DNA of 64,000 bases from Candidatus Latescibacterota bacterium (GTDB lineage Bacteria > Latescibacterota > UBA2968): the NCBI GenBank assembly GCA_965208125.1, contig OZ242320.1:2336001-2400000 (forward strand), written 5' to 3'. A program made the position numbers and the translations under genes. Numbering within the stretch: position 1 is the first letter of the stretch; each line of letters begins with the position of its first letter. A model generated the notes under the pieces. The model saw only the letters and a program-made list of their open reading frames with translations. It was not told the DNA's origin and searched no databases. This document shows positions 37,880 to 48,139 of the stretch, one piece after another.

Positions 37880-40459
37880 TTATCCAATGACCATTTTGCC
37901 AAAAGAATCCACGAAGATGAGGAAGTCGGGAATGCCAATAATTCCATCGCTGTTGAGGTCGTATTTTGGATCGAAATTTTCCTGTCCGCTCTGGGTTCCA
38001 AACGCTTCAACAAAGAGCAGAAAGTCTGAGACCCCGACCTGTCCATCGCCATCAAAGTCGGCAGAGGCAAGGGGCGTCTCTTCTACCTCAAAGCGGATGA
38101 TTTCAGTGAAGTTTGCCCGAAGGATGTTATATGCTTTGTCCCATACTTTCATTTCCGCAAGTCCCCACGTTCCGGGAATACTGCCAACGGGCAAGGTGAT
38201 CGCTTTATGGTAGGTTTCATAGACAGTGGGATCCCGTGTAAAATAGATTTTGCGATAATCCGGTTCGTAATGTCTAAAGCGGTGCCTCACGCCGTTGGGG
38301 TCGCGTAAATACATGTCTGTCACAAGATATCCACTAATGTTGTCCTTAACTTTAAAAGCAATATCGACCCGTGTTTCGCCGTTTGGTGCTTCTATATCGG
38401 TCGGTTCTACCTGAATGGTGATCTGATTCAAATCGAGCACGGGTGGGGTGTCATCCGGATTTGTCGTTTGGACATCAATGGTGGCAGGTGCTTCATCTAT
38501 TATGATATCTTCGTCTCTTATTTCTCTTCCTGGATCGGTAAAGTACACGCCCCGCGGATTTAACGCGATATCATACATCAGGATATGATTAAGCGTGTAT
38601 GTGCCACTCCGAAAGTAATCCGGAATCGCAAGTTCAACACTCGCTTCACCGGTCTGAGGGTCATAATTACCCCACCTCGTGTAGAAGGAATAGGTCTCGG
38701 CATTCATATCATTCAGTTCAGCTTTGACGCCCTGTTCCGGTATCCCGATTTCTTCAAAAATTTTCCAACGTGCGGTGAGAATTTGAATTGGCTTGCCTTC
38801 TGTTGTCCTTTGTGACAACGAGAGTCGCATTGAATTTTTGATGTACTCCGGCGGTTTATTATCTGCGAGTGGATTGTTGACATAGAGCTTCCATCCGAAA
38901 TCGACCTGAGATTCGTGGCGTTCATTGCCCTGGGCATCCCTCAGGGTAATTCGATCTGGACCCCAATAGCCATGCGCCGCGTGCCTGGATAGTGTGCGTT
39001 GTCCTCTCAAAATGTGGCCTGCATTGATGCGTTGGCCATCGGAGCTTACGGGATAAAGCCAGATAGAAAAAAAGGTTCCTTTTGTGCTGTGAATCCTCAG
39101 GAGCGATGCCCGAGCATTATCAAAGTCATTTTCCTGGTGAAGCTCAAGCTCTATTGTTATATCCTTATCTTCTTCTGGTTCGCCTTCAACCTGTATATCA
39201 ACCCGTATGATCCGGCCCGGATACACCACATCGGGATACAGATTATAGACCTGAAATGTCAGGTCTTCGCGTATCCGGGATATGTAGCGCGTGCCGTGCA
39301 TGATCCGGTCTCGAACAAATTCGTATTTGGCAGGGGAACGCGAACGCAACTTGTCGGGATTGACGATGTAGTAACTGATACTTTCTGCCATATCCTCATT
39401 CGGATTCACACCGTGTGCATAAGCAGATACGAACTCGGACTGTTTGGTCGTTGACCAGCCATTTCCATCGTCCGGGTTTACATACCAGCCGCCGAGTTCA
39501 ATCCAGTCCTGTTTTAGCTGGTCGTCAAAGAGGTGTTGCCATAAGAAGTGTGCTTTTTCATGGAGAATCAGGCGGTGGATGTAGCCGAGGTTTATTCCCT
39601 TAAAAGCTATTTCCATAAATTCGATATAGCCTTCGGTCACCCAGGCTAAAGCAGCAGCACCCGATATAATTGGAGAGGGTGTTCCATCTAATCGCCGCAC
39701 CAGATATTGCAGCCCCGGTGTACTGAGCATGCCTTGTGGGAATTCTTCAAACATACTCACAAGGGCCATCAATTCTTCGTTTTTGAATTCTGAAAACCGG
39801 CCTGCATGTTCCCTGGTTGTTCTTTGGGTAAGTACGGTATAGTCCGGTATATCTATACTTACGCCATAGCGGTTCTCTAATATCTGCTCCAGCGCATCTC
39901 TATCCCTGCCATCGTCGGTTACATAGCGAACGACGGCCTGATGGAGTCTTTTAGAGAAGAAGCGGCCTCTCACGCCCTCTATTTCAGCCAGCAATGGGTC
40001 GGCATGCGTAAAAGCCTCCCGGGATAGGGTGACGATTTTCTGTCCGTCCTGGATACGGATCTCTATGTCGTTTTCAATATGCTGGTCTGTCAATTGCCAT
40101 AATGAAGATGGCACTTCGAGTGTCTCTTTGTACGGGTCGTTACTCAATTGTGGGACGGATTCAAAGGTCTGGAGCAGGCGGTAAGCCTGATCTGCGGTCC
40201 ATTCTGTTCCGAGTAATACGGAATATTTTTGCATGAGGCGCAATGATGAACTGTGCGGCACGACCTGTATCGGCTCATCTAAGAACATGACCTGCACGGG
40301 TTGAACGCGGGTGGTCGATTCTGTCCCTTCGTAGGTTGTATCGGTCTTCCAGGTATAGGTGAATTGTGCAAGAGCGTGTCCGCTGGAGATGAGTGTCAGC
40401 AGGAGCATGCTGCTCAGGCAGGCAAATCTCGGGGTGCGGTGATGTGTTTTTGCTGCCAT
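37880..40459 (-). CDS. Secreted HExxH metalloprotease-like protein with C-terminal dockerin/EF-hand
   Basis: Signal peptide; ILHEKAHF and SAYA...NEDMAES zincin-like motifs; DFDGDGQVGVSDF/DLNSDGIIGIPDF. Confidence 0.75.
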   Translation of the reverse strand: MAAKTHHRTPRFACLSSMLLLTLISSGHALAQFTYTWKTDTTYEGTESTTRVQPVQVMFLDEPIQVVPHSSSLRLMQKYSVLLGTEWTADQAYRLLQTFESVPQLSNDPYKETLEVPSSLWQLTDQHIENDIEIRIQDGQKIVTLSREAFTHADPLLAEIEGVRGRFFSKRLHQAVVRYVTDDGRDRDALEQILENRYGVSIDIPDYTVLTQRTTREHAGRFSEFKNEELMALVSMFEEFPQGMLSTPGLQYLVRRLDGTPSPIISGAAALAWVTEGYIEFMEIAFKGINLGYIHRLILHEKAHFLWQHLFDDQLKQDWIELGGWYVNPDDGNGWSTTKQSEFVSAYAHGVNPNEDMAESISYYIVNPDKLRSRSPAKYEFVRDRIMHGTRYISRIREDLTFQVYNLYPDVVYPGRIIRVDIQVEGEPEEDKDITIELELHQENDFDNARASLLRIHSTKGTFFSIWLYPVSSDGQRINAGHILRGQRTLSRHAAHGYWGPDRITLRDAQGNERHESQVDFGWKLYVNNPLADNKPPEYIKNSMRLSLSQRTTEGKPIQILTARWKIFEEIGIPEQGVKAELNDMNAETYSFYTRWGNYDPQTGEASVELAIPDYFRSGTYTLNHILMYDIALNPRGVYFTDPGREIRDEDIIIDEAPATIDVQTTNPDDTPPVLDLNQITIQVEPTDIEAPNGETRVDIAFKVKDNISGYLVTDMYLRDPNGVRHRFRHYEPDYRKIYFTRDPTVYETYHKAITLPVGSIPGTWGLAEMKVWDKAYNILRANFTEIIRFEVEETPLASADFDGDGQVGVSDFLLFVEAFGTQSGQENFDPKYDLNSDGIIGIPDFLIFVDSFGKMVIG

Positions 40460-40477
40460 TGTGTTATTTCCATCCGA

Positions 40478-40522
40478 TAAAAAAAGCACCTGATCTGATG
40501 AGATTGATCAGGTGCCTCTTTG
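40478..40522 (-). terminator. Intrinsic terminator after secDF
   Basis: GCACCTGATC...GATCAGGTGC stem with an A run on + (T run on -). Confidence 0.7.
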
Positions 40523-40539
40523 ATTTTATTTGGCTCAAC

Positions 40540-43068
40540 CTACGCCGCACTGCGTCCCTGTCTCGCTTTTGCCTCCCGGCGGTTGTGCCATTCGACCACG
40601 ATGGGCGATGCGACAAATGCCGAGGAGTAGGTTCCCACGATGACGCCGATGAGCAGGGCGAATGCAAAGTCGCGGATTACTTCTCCGCCCAGAAGGATGA
40701 GGGAGAGGACGACCAGCATGGTGGTGCCCGAGGTGAGTACTGTGCGGTTGAGACATTCGTTGATGGCGCGGTTGATTACGTTGCTAAAGGTGTCGCGGCG
40801 ATACAATTTGATGTCTTCGCGTATGCGGTCATAGACCACAATTGTATCGTTGAGGGAGTACCCCACAATGGTGAGCAAGGCCGCCACAATGGCCAGGGAG
40901 ATCTCCCAGTTTAGAACTGAAAAGATCCCCAGAGTGATCATGACGTCGTGGAATAGGGCGATGACGGCTGCGATCCCAAATTCGATCTGCCTGAAGCGCC
41001 ACCACACGTAGATGATAATGAGTATCATTGCGACGAGGATGGCATATACGGCATTGGTTTTGAGTTCTTCGCCAATTTTGGGTCCGACGGCTTCCTGCCG
41101 CCGCAACCACTCGGTCTCGTCTTGAATATTGCCGGCAAAATCGGATTTGAGTCTGGTTTTTATGGCATCTGCAATGGCCGTGCCTTCGGCTTCTTCTTCC
41201 ACGCGAATGAGGATGTCGTTGACCGTGCCGAATTCTTTGATTTCGCTGTTGCGCAGGTCCATGCTCTGGTCCTCAACGCGGACGTCACCCAGAGACTGGC
41301 GGATGTCGCCGACAGAGGCCGGGGGATCAAAGTGCAGTTCGAGCAATGTGCCGCCGGCAAAGTCGATGCCCAGGTTATAACCGCCTTTGGTGATGGTGGA
41401 TCCCAGGCCGAGCAGGATGAGAACAGCCGATAAGATGAATGCGCCCCGTCGAACACCGAGAAAGTTGATGCTGGTGTCGCCAAATACGCGCAGCCTGCCG
41501 ATACTGAGGCGGGGATTGACCTGGCGCGAGACAATGGTGTCGTAAATGGTGCGCGTGACAAAGATGGCGGTAAACATCGAGGAGATGATACCGATCATCA
41601 GGGTGAGTGCAAATCCCTTGATGGGACCGGTGCCGTACTGGTAGAGCACGATGGCGGTGATGATGGTGGTTACGTTGGCATCTACGATGGTCTGGACGGC
41701 GCGCGCATAACCGTTTTCGATGGCTACCCGCAGGGTTTTTTCCGCGCGCAATTCCTCGCGGATGCGTTCGAGGATCAGCACATTGGCATCTACTGCCATA
41801 CCTATGGTCAGGATAATACCCGCTATGCCGGGCAGGGTGAGCGTGCCTTGAAATGCCGCGAGTATGGCCAGGACAAAGACGAGGTTGAGTACGAGCGCGA
41901 GGTCTGCGACGAGGCCCGAAAAACCGTAGTAGATGACCATGAAGATGATGACGATGACCAGACCAATGAGGGCTGCATTTTTGCCCTGTTCTATGGAGTC
42001 TCGCCCAAGCGATGGTCCCACGGTGCGGTCTTCGACGATGTTGACGTCGGCGGGTAGCGCACCCGCGCGCAAGACTATGGCGAGGTCTTTGGCTTCGTCA
42101 ACGGTGCCAGTACCTTCGATAATGCCCGATCCCTGGCTGATTTTGGAGCGGATTGTGGGTGCGGAATAGACCTGATCATCGAGGATGATGGCCATGCGTT
42201 CGCCCACGTTGGCGCCTGTGACCCGTCCAAAGAGACGCACGCCCTGGCTGGTGGTGGTGAAGTTGACAATGGGCTGACCGGCGTTTTCAAAGGATTGCCC
42301 GGTTGTGACAGAGGCATCGGAGAGGATTTCTCCCGTCATTTCTACGCGTCTTTTGAGATAGTAGAGCGCGCGATAGCGTTGTCCGTCGCCCATTTCTTCG
42401 TCTTTGGAGTTCCACAGGAATTGCGCGTCGGGTGGCAGGAGCTTTTGTACGTCTGGACGATTCAGGAGTTCTCGCACGGTTAGTATATTGTCTTCCGGCA
42501 CCACGAAGTCTCCCCGAGAAGAGAGCATATAGCGAGAGAGGGATGGGGTGTCTTCAGCCGGTTGCCCGAGGAGCGGGTCTTCGGCTTTCGCACTGTCAAC
42601 AGGTGCTTGTGTGGCGAGGTGGCGGTCAATTTTTTCGATTATGCCAACGCGGTCGGCGTCGGATTTGAGGATTTTAAATTCGAGGCGCGCGGTTTTGCCG
42701 ATCAGGCCCTTGGCGCGTTCGATGTCTTGCACACCCGGCAATTCGACCACGATGCGCCAATCGCCTTCTCGGTGAATGATGGGTTCGGAGACGCCAAATT
42801 GGTCGATGCGATTGCGGATAATTTCGAGGGCGCGCGCAACCACGTCTGTTTTTTCATCTTCTGAGAGATTGGTTTGATCCACTTCAAGAACGAGGTGGAT
42901 ACCCCCTTGCAAGTCCAGTCCCAGGTTGATGGCCTGCTGTTTTACGCGCTCGCGCTCGTCTAAATTTTCCTGAGTTGTGTAGTAATATTGGTAGGTGGGA
43001 TAGAGATAAAAAAGTGCGAGCGCTATGGTCGCACAGATGATTAACAAACGCCAGTATTCTCGGGTCAT
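40540..43068 (-). CDS. secDF: Protein translocase subunit SecDF (fused)
   Basis: LGLDLQGG, RIDQFGVSEP, LRAGALPA, GMAVDANV, LGIDFAGG, GYSLNDTIVVYDRIRE. Confidence 0.96.
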   Translation of the reverse strand: MTREYWRLLIICATIALALFYLYPTYQYYYTTQENLDERERVKQQAINLGLDLQGGIHLVLEVDQTNLSEDEKTDVVARALEIIRNRIDQFGVSEPIIHREGDWRIVVELPGVQDIERAKGLIGKTARLEFKILKSDADRVGIIEKIDRHLATQAPVDSAKAEDPLLGQPAEDTPSLSRYMLSSRGDFVVPEDNILTVRELLNRPDVQKLLPPDAQFLWNSKDEEMGDGQRYRALYYLKRRVEMTGEILSDASVTTGQSFENAGQPIVNFTTTSQGVRLFGRVTGANVGERMAIILDDQVYSAPTIRSKISQGSGIIEGTGTVDEAKDLAIVLRAGALPADVNIVEDRTVGPSLGRDSIEQGKNAALIGLVIVIIFMVIYYGFSGLVADLALVLNLVFVLAILAAFQGTLTLPGIAGIILTIGMAVDANVLILERIREELRAEKTLRVAIENGYARAVQTIVDANVTTIITAIVLYQYGTGPIKGFALTLMIGIISSMFTAIFVTRTIYDTIVSRQVNPRLSIGRLRVFGDTSINFLGVRRGAFILSAVLILLGLGSTITKGGYNLGIDFAGGTLLELHFDPPASVGDIRQSLGDVRVEDQSMDLRNSEIKEFGTVNDILIRVEEEAEGTAIADAIKTRLKSDFAGNIQDETEWLRRQEAVGPKIGEELKTNAVYAILVAMILIIIYVWWRFRQIEFGIAAVIALFHDVMITLGIFSVLNWEISLAIVAALLTIVGYSLNDTIVVYDRIREDIKLYRRDTFSNVINRAINECLNRTVLTSGTTMLVVLSLILLGGEVIRDFAFALLIGVIVGTYSSAFVASPIVVEWHNRREAKARQGRSAA

Positions 43069-43097
43069 CGCAGGGAGTTACTCCGTTTAGGTGTGAT

Positions 43098-44066
43098 TCA
43101 CTGGTTGCGTTCAACCACGTGTTGAACCGCCAGTGCAAGCGCGTCGCGCGCGCTGGAGGTGTGTAGAGCATTCAGGTTTTTGAGAGCGGATTGGGCATAA
43201 GAATGCGCTTCTTCTCGCGCGGCTTCTACGCCCCGATAGCGCTGGACAAAGCGCAGAACTTCTCGCCAGTCGCTGTCGGTTTCCACGCCGTTGAGTACTT
43301 TGTTGCGAATATGGGCAGCTTCGCCGTTTTTGCAGTTTGCCAGTGCCCGAATTAAGGGCAAGGTCAATTTTTTTTCTCGAAGGTCGTTTCCCGTGGGCTT
43401 GCCCATGTGGTTTGCACTGCCCATCAGGTCGAGGACGTCGTCGGTAATCTGGAAGGCGACGCCTATTTCGCTGCCGAAAGACGCCATGCGAGCGATCTGG
43501 GTGGGCGATCCTTTTCCCAAAATAGCACCCAATTCGCAAGCCAGCGCGAGCAGAGATGCGGTTTTTTGGTTGATCATGCGGAAATAGAGCGAGGCTTCAC
43601 CCGAAGAAGATATTTCGCCTTCGAGAATTTCTCCTTCAACGACGCGCTGAATTGCATGGGTCGTGGCGTTCATGACCGGTAGAGAGTTGAGGCCAACGAG
43701 CACTTGCATTGATTTGGCAAAGAGAAAATCGCCCATCAAAATGGCTGCGCGGTTGCCCCATTGCAGATGCAGTACGTCGGCTCCCCGGCGCGTTTCCGCG
43801 TTGTCGAGGACGTCGTCGTGAATGAGTGATGCCGTTTGTATAATTTCAACGCCTACAGCAGCATCGATTACCGCGTCTGAACACTCGCCCACGGCCTGTG
43901 CTGTTAAGAATGCAAGGGCAGGCCGAAAACGCCTGCCCCTGTTTTTAACAACGTGATAGGCCATTTCTTGTATGCCCCCGACATCAGAGGCCGTCATAAT
44001 TTCTTCGAGACGGGTTTCAAAGCGTGCGATCTGATATTGGATGGGCGCGAAAATTTGGTCTAACAT
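43098..44066 (-). CDS. Polyprenyl diphosphate synthase (IspB/HepT-like)
   Basis: LIHDDVLD, RRG, KTASL, FQITDDVLD, GKPTGNDL. Confidence 0.93.
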   Translation of the reverse strand: MLDQIFAPIQYQIARFETRLEEIMTASDVGGIQEMAYHVVKNRGRRFRPALAFLTAQAVGECSDAVIDAAVGVEIIQTASLIHDDVLDNAETRRGADVLHLQWGNRAAILMGDFLFAKSMQVLVGLNSLPVMNATTHAIQRVVEGEILEGEISSSGEASLYFRMINQKTASLLALACELGAILGKGSPTQIARMASFGSEIGVAFQITDDVLDLMGSANHMGKPTGNDLREKKLTLPLIRALANCKNGEAAHIRNKVLNGVETDSDWREVLRFVQRYRGVEAAREEAHSYAQSALKNLNALHTSSARDALALAVQHVVERNQ

Positions 44067-44162
44067 GGCGCGTTTATAAAGGGGTGAGACAAACGAATAT
44101 TAAGGCGTGAGAAATTAACAAAAAAGGTCGTAAAAGTCAATGATTAGCAATTGGCGGTTAGC

Positions 44163-44236
44163 GGGCGACCACAGGGGGTCGCCCCTACAAGCCGGATTAA
44201 CAATATTATCGTAGGGGACGGCCCCCGTGCCGTCCC
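44163..44236. repeat. Pair of oppositely oriented GTAG-type REPs
   Basis: GGGCGACCACAGGGGGTCGCCCCTAC (reverse) and GTAGGGGACGGCCCCCGTGCCGTCCC. Confidence 0.8.
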
Positions 44237-44237
44237 A

Positions 44238-45086
44238 TCACCGCCTTTGTGCGAGTACCGCGCGAGGGTACCCACTCAGGTCGGTATGGGTAGTGATTGA
44301 GGTCAGGCCACTTTGTCGCTCGAGGAGTTGGGTGACGGCATCGGCCTGGTCGTGGCCGATTTCCAGACCCAATAGCCCGCCCGGTGCGAGCAAGGGAACG
44401 CTTGCGGGAATGATTTTGCGATAAAAGTCGAGGCCGTTTCTGCCTCCGTCCAGGGCGAGGCGAGGATCACAGTCGCGGACTTCGGGTTGCAGGGCGTCGA
44501 TTGCTCCGCTGGGGATGTAGGGGGGGTTGGAGAGGATGGCGCGGAAGCTTTCTGGTTTTGCAAAGGGTGTGAGGAGGTCGGTTTGTAGAAAGAAAATGCG
44601 GTCAGACACGCGGTTGAGATGGGCGTTTTGGCTGGCGAGGTGGAGTGCTTTGCGAGATATGTCTGTGGCGATTACATGCGATTCTCCGAGTGCTTTGCTC
44701 AGGGTGATGGCGATGATGCCAGATCCGGTGCCAATGTCGAGGATGCGGGGTTTTGAGCAGTTTTTTAGTTGGTTGAGGACAACTTCGATGAGGGTTTCTG
44801 TTTCCGGTCGGGGGATGAGGGCATCGGGCGAGGTGTGAAATGGGAGGCCGTAAAATTCGGTGTTGCCCAAAAGGTGTTGCAGGGGGATGCGATCAGCGCG
44901 GTGGTGTATCAAATTGCGAAAGGTTGCGTTTTGTGCAGGCGTGAGCGGCTGATGAAGCAGTTCTGAACGCGAGCATTCGAGCACATGGGCGAGTGTCCAT
45001 TCGGCATCTGCCTGTGGGCTGGGTACTCCGGCCTGGATGAGGGTATCTCTGGCCCAGATGAGGAGATGGGGAATGGAGGAGGACAT
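44238..45086 (-). CDS. prmC: Release factor glutamine methyltransferase
   Basis: LIPRPETE, LDIGTGSG, SNPPYI; downstream of prfA. Confidence 0.95.
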   Translation of the reverse strand: MSSSIPHLLIWARDTLIQAGVPSPQADAEWTLAHVLECSRSELLHQPLTPAQNATFRNLIHHRADRIPLQHLLGNTEFYGLPFHTSPDALIPRPETETLIEVVLNQLKNCSKPRILDIGTGSGIIAITLSKALGESHVIATDISRKALHLASQNAHLNRVSDRIFFLQTDLLTPFAKPESFRAILSNPPYIPSGAIDALQPEVRDCDPRLALDGGRNGLDFYRKIIPASVPLLAPGGLLGLEIGHDQADAVTQLLERQSGLTSITTHTDLSGYPRAVLAQRR

Positions 45087-45091
45087 AGGGG

Positions 45092-46168
45092 TTAGAAGAT
45101 TTGTTCCTGTTGTTTGAGTTTTTCCGTTTGGTCAGAGAGGCGAAGGGCTTCGATGAGTTCTGCGATGTTGCCGTCCAGTATATCTTCAAGTCTGTGCAGG
45201 GTGAGTTTGATGCGGTGGTCGGTTACGCGCCCCTGTGGGAAATTGTAGGTGCGAATTTTCGCGCTTCGGTCGCCGCTGCCAATTTGTGAGCGACGGTCGG
45301 CAGCGGTTTTGGCCTGTTGTTCGCGGATGGCCTGATCCAGCAGGCGCGAGCGCAAGACTTTGAGTGCTTTGGCTCTGTTTTTGTGCTGGGATTTTTCGTC
45401 CTGACACGTAACGACGAGTCCCGATGGCATGTGGGTGATGCGCACTGCCGAGTCGGTGGTGTTGACGCTTTGACCTCCGGGACCTGATGAGCGAAAGACA
45501 TCTATTTTGAGGTCGTTGAGATCGATGTCTATATCGACGTCTTCTGCATCGGGGAGGACGGCTACGGTAGCTGTCGAGGTGTGGATGCGGCCGCTGGATT
45601 CGGTTTCGGGTATGCGCTGGACCCGGTGTACACCGCTTTCGTATTTTAGCCTGCCATAGATACTGTTGCCGACGACTAAGAAGATGATTTCTTTGTATCC
45701 ACCAATTCCCGTGGGATTTGAACTGAGGATTTCACAGCGTCCACCGGTGTTTTCTGCATAGCGCGAATACATGCGGTGGAGGTCGGCGGCAAAGAGGGCG
45801 GCTTCTTCCCCTCCCGCGCCTGCGCGTATTTCGACGACGGTGTCTTTGTCGTCGTTGGGATCTTTGGGGATTAAGAGCATTTTGAGGGTGTTGGACAGGT
45901 CCGATTCCCGTTGCGCGAGGTCTTCTTTTTCCATTTGGGCCATATCGACGAGTTCGGCATCGTCGGAAGAGCTGATGATGTCATTTATATCGTCCATTTC
46001 TTCGCACACTTTGTTGTAGTCGCGATACGTTGTGACGATTTCTTCGAGGTCGCGGTATTCTTTGCCGAGTTTGCGAATGCGGTTGGGATCTGCGGCGACT
46101 TCGGGTCTGGCCATTTCTTCGCCGAGTTTGAGATAGCGGGTTTCAATGGTTTTGAGTTGTTCAAACAT
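45092..46168 (-). CDS. prfA: Peptide chain release factor 1
   Basis: [22 protein letters not shown] (PxT), [17 protein letters not shown]. Confidence 0.97.
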   Translation of the reverse strand: MFEQLKTIETRYLKLGEEMARPEVAADPNRIRKLGKEYRDLEEIVTTYRDYNKVCEEMDDINDIISSSDDAELVDMAQMEKEDLAQRESDLSNTLKMLLIPKDPNDDKDTVVEIRAGAGGEEAALFAADLHRMYSRYAENTGGRCEILSSNPTGIGGYKEIIFLVVGNSIYGRLKYESGVHRVQRIPETESSGRIHTSTATVAVLPDAEDVDIDIDLNDLKIDVFRSSGPGGQSVNTTDSAVRITHMPSGLVVTCQDEKSQHKNRAKALKVLRSRLLDQAIREQQAKTAADRRSQIGSGDRSAKIRTYNFPQGRVTDHRIKLTLHRLEDILDGNIAELIEALRLSDQTEKLKQQEQIF

Positions 46169-46186
46169 GGTGGTTCCTACCTATAC

Positions 46187-46230
46187 AAAAAGGGCGAAAC
46201 AGTCGCGGCATGCGGCCGTTTCACCCTTTT
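46187..46230. terminator. Hairpin/terminator between rpmE and prfA
   Basis: AAAAGGGCGAAAC...GTTTCACCCTTTT. Confidence 0.6.
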
Positions 46231-46247
46231 GAATGTGGATCGCGTTG

Positions 46248-46538
46248 CTAATTGTCCGTTTTTTCTTCTGTGTTTTCTTCTTCCCCGTCTTCAATACCAT
46301 AACGGCGGCGATAGCGCTCGACCATACCGGCAGTGTCAACGAGCATCATCTTGCCCGTGAAGAAGGGATGGGTAGCGGAACTGATTTCAACTTTGATCAG
46401 TGGATAGGTGTTGCCGTCTTCCCATTCGATGGTTTCTTCAGAAGTGCGTGTCGATCGCGTTTTGACCCGAAAAGATGGGTTGGCACTGACGTCTTCAAAG
46501 ATTACGTCGCGGTATTCTGGATGAATATTGGGTTTCAT
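46248..46538 (-). CDS. rpmE2: 50S ribosomal protein L31 type B
   Basis: [16 protein letters not shown]...[12 protein letters not shown]...DTAG; no Cys Zn ligands. Confidence 0.93.
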   Translation of the reverse strand: MKPNIHPEYRDVIFEDVSANPSFRVKTRSTRTSEETIEWEDGNTYPLIKVEISSATHPFFTGKMMLVDTAGMVERYRRRYGIEDGEEENTEEKTDN

Positions 46539-46630
46539 GCGATTATCCTCAAGTTGTTCAAATGTTTATGAAAAACAGGTGCAAGACACAAAATATACCA
46601 AAATGCCCTGAAATAATCAAGTCGCGGGTT

Positions 46631-47914
46631 TTAGAAGGTGTGGACCGGTTCGCTCATGGCATTGAGGAAGTCTTCGTTGGTTTTGTTTTCTTTGGTGCGT
46701 TCTGTGAAAAATTCCATGGCTTCCAGAGGTTGCATCTGGTTGAGTAGTTTTCGCAAGATCCAAACGCGGTTGAGTTCTTTTTCCTGGAGTAAGAGTTCTT
46801 CTTTGCGCGTGCTCGACATGGATACGTCAATGGCGGGAAAGACGCGGCGATTGGAGAGCCTGCGGTCCAGCTTGAGTTCCATGTTGCCCGTGCCTTTAAA
46901 TTCTTCGAATATGACTTCATCCATACGGCTTCCGGTTTCGACGAGGGCGGTTGCCAGGATGGTCAAGCTGCCGCCTTCTTCGATGTTGCGCGCTGCGCCA
47001 AAAAATCGCTTGGGCCACTGCATGGCGGTGGAGTCGAGACCTCCGGTGAGAATGCGCCCACTGTGGGGGGCAACGGTGTTATAGGCGCGAGCTAAGCGGG
47101 TAATGCTGTCGAGTAAGATGACGACATCCTGCTGGTGCTCGACCAGTCGCTTGGCTTTTTCTATGACCATGTCGGCTACCTGGACGTGTCGGGTCGGGGG
47201 TTCGTCAAAGGTAGAGCTGACAACTTCGCCTTCGACCGAGCGGGTCATGTCTGTGACTTCTTCGGGTCGCTCGTCGATGAGGAGGACGATGAGCGTGATT
47301 TCGGGATGGTTTTGGGTAATGGCGTTGGCGATTTTTTGCAAGAGCATGGTTTTGCCCGTAAAGGGGGGCGCGACGATCATGCCGCGTTGGCCTTTGCCAA
47401 TTGGGGTGAGGAGATTCATGATGCGAGTGGAGAGGTCCTGTGAATCGTATTCGAGGTTGATGCGTTGGTCCGGATGCAGTGGCGTGAGGTTGTCGAACAG
47501 GATTTTTTGTTTTGCAACTTCCGGATTTTCAAAATTGACGGCTTCAACGCGAATGAGTGCGAAGTATTTTTCGTCTCCTCTCGGTGGGCGAATATGCCCC
47601 GATATGGTGTCTCCTGTTCGCAGGTTGAAGCGCTTGATTTGCGAGTGGCCCACATAGATGTCGTCGGGACCGGGCAAATAATTGTACTTTGGCGATCTGA
47701 GGAAGCCAAATCCGTCTTCGAGGATGTCGAGAACACCCTGTGCGAAGATACGCCCACTTTTTGCGGTTTGGCTCTGGAGAATGGCGAAGATGAGTTCTTG
47801 TCTTCGCAGGCTGCTATAGCCTTGAATATTGAGTGCTTGTGCGTGTTTGTTGAGTTCGGGTATGCTGCATTCCTGCAACTCAAACATGTTTAATTTTTCT
47901 TCGACAATTGCCAT
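46631..47914 (-). CDS. rho: Transcription termination factor Rho
   Basis: [41 protein letters not shown]. Confidence 0.97.
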   Translation of the reverse strand: MAIVEEKLNMFELQECSIPELNKHAQALNIQGYSSLRRQELIFAILQSQTAKSGRIFAQGVLDILEDGFGFLRSPKYNYLPGPDDIYVGHSQIKRFNLRTGDTISGHIRPPRGDEKYFALIRVEAVNFENPEVAKQKILFDNLTPLHPDQRINLEYDSQDLSTRIMNLLTPIGKGQRGMIVAPPFTGKTMLLQKIANAITQNHPEITLIVLLIDERPEEVTDMTRSVEGEVVSSTFDEPPTRHVQVADMVIEKAKRLVEHQQDVVILLDSITRLARAYNTVAPHSGRILTGGLDSTAMQWPKRFFGAARNIEEGGSLTILATALVETGSRMDEVIFEEFKGTGNMELKLDRRLSNRRVFPAIDVSMSSTRKEELLLQEKELNRVWILRKLLNQMQPLEAMEFFTERTKENKTNEDFLNAMSEPVHTF

Positions 47915-48139
47915 TTTTTTGAGATTCCTGATGGGTTGGAAGGGGAGAAGCGATGCATGCCCGGACGACACCATGCCATGGGGGGCGCAAAACAGACGCT
48001 GTGCGAAATCATTGGATTACTGCGAAGCCTACGGAGAACAATGTTTTGTCTTGGAAGATTGTGGGGCAGGATGCGGAGCATTAGTGCGAGGGAATGCTTT
48101 TTGAAGTTGACCTAAACGTAAAACAAACAATGTGGCTTG

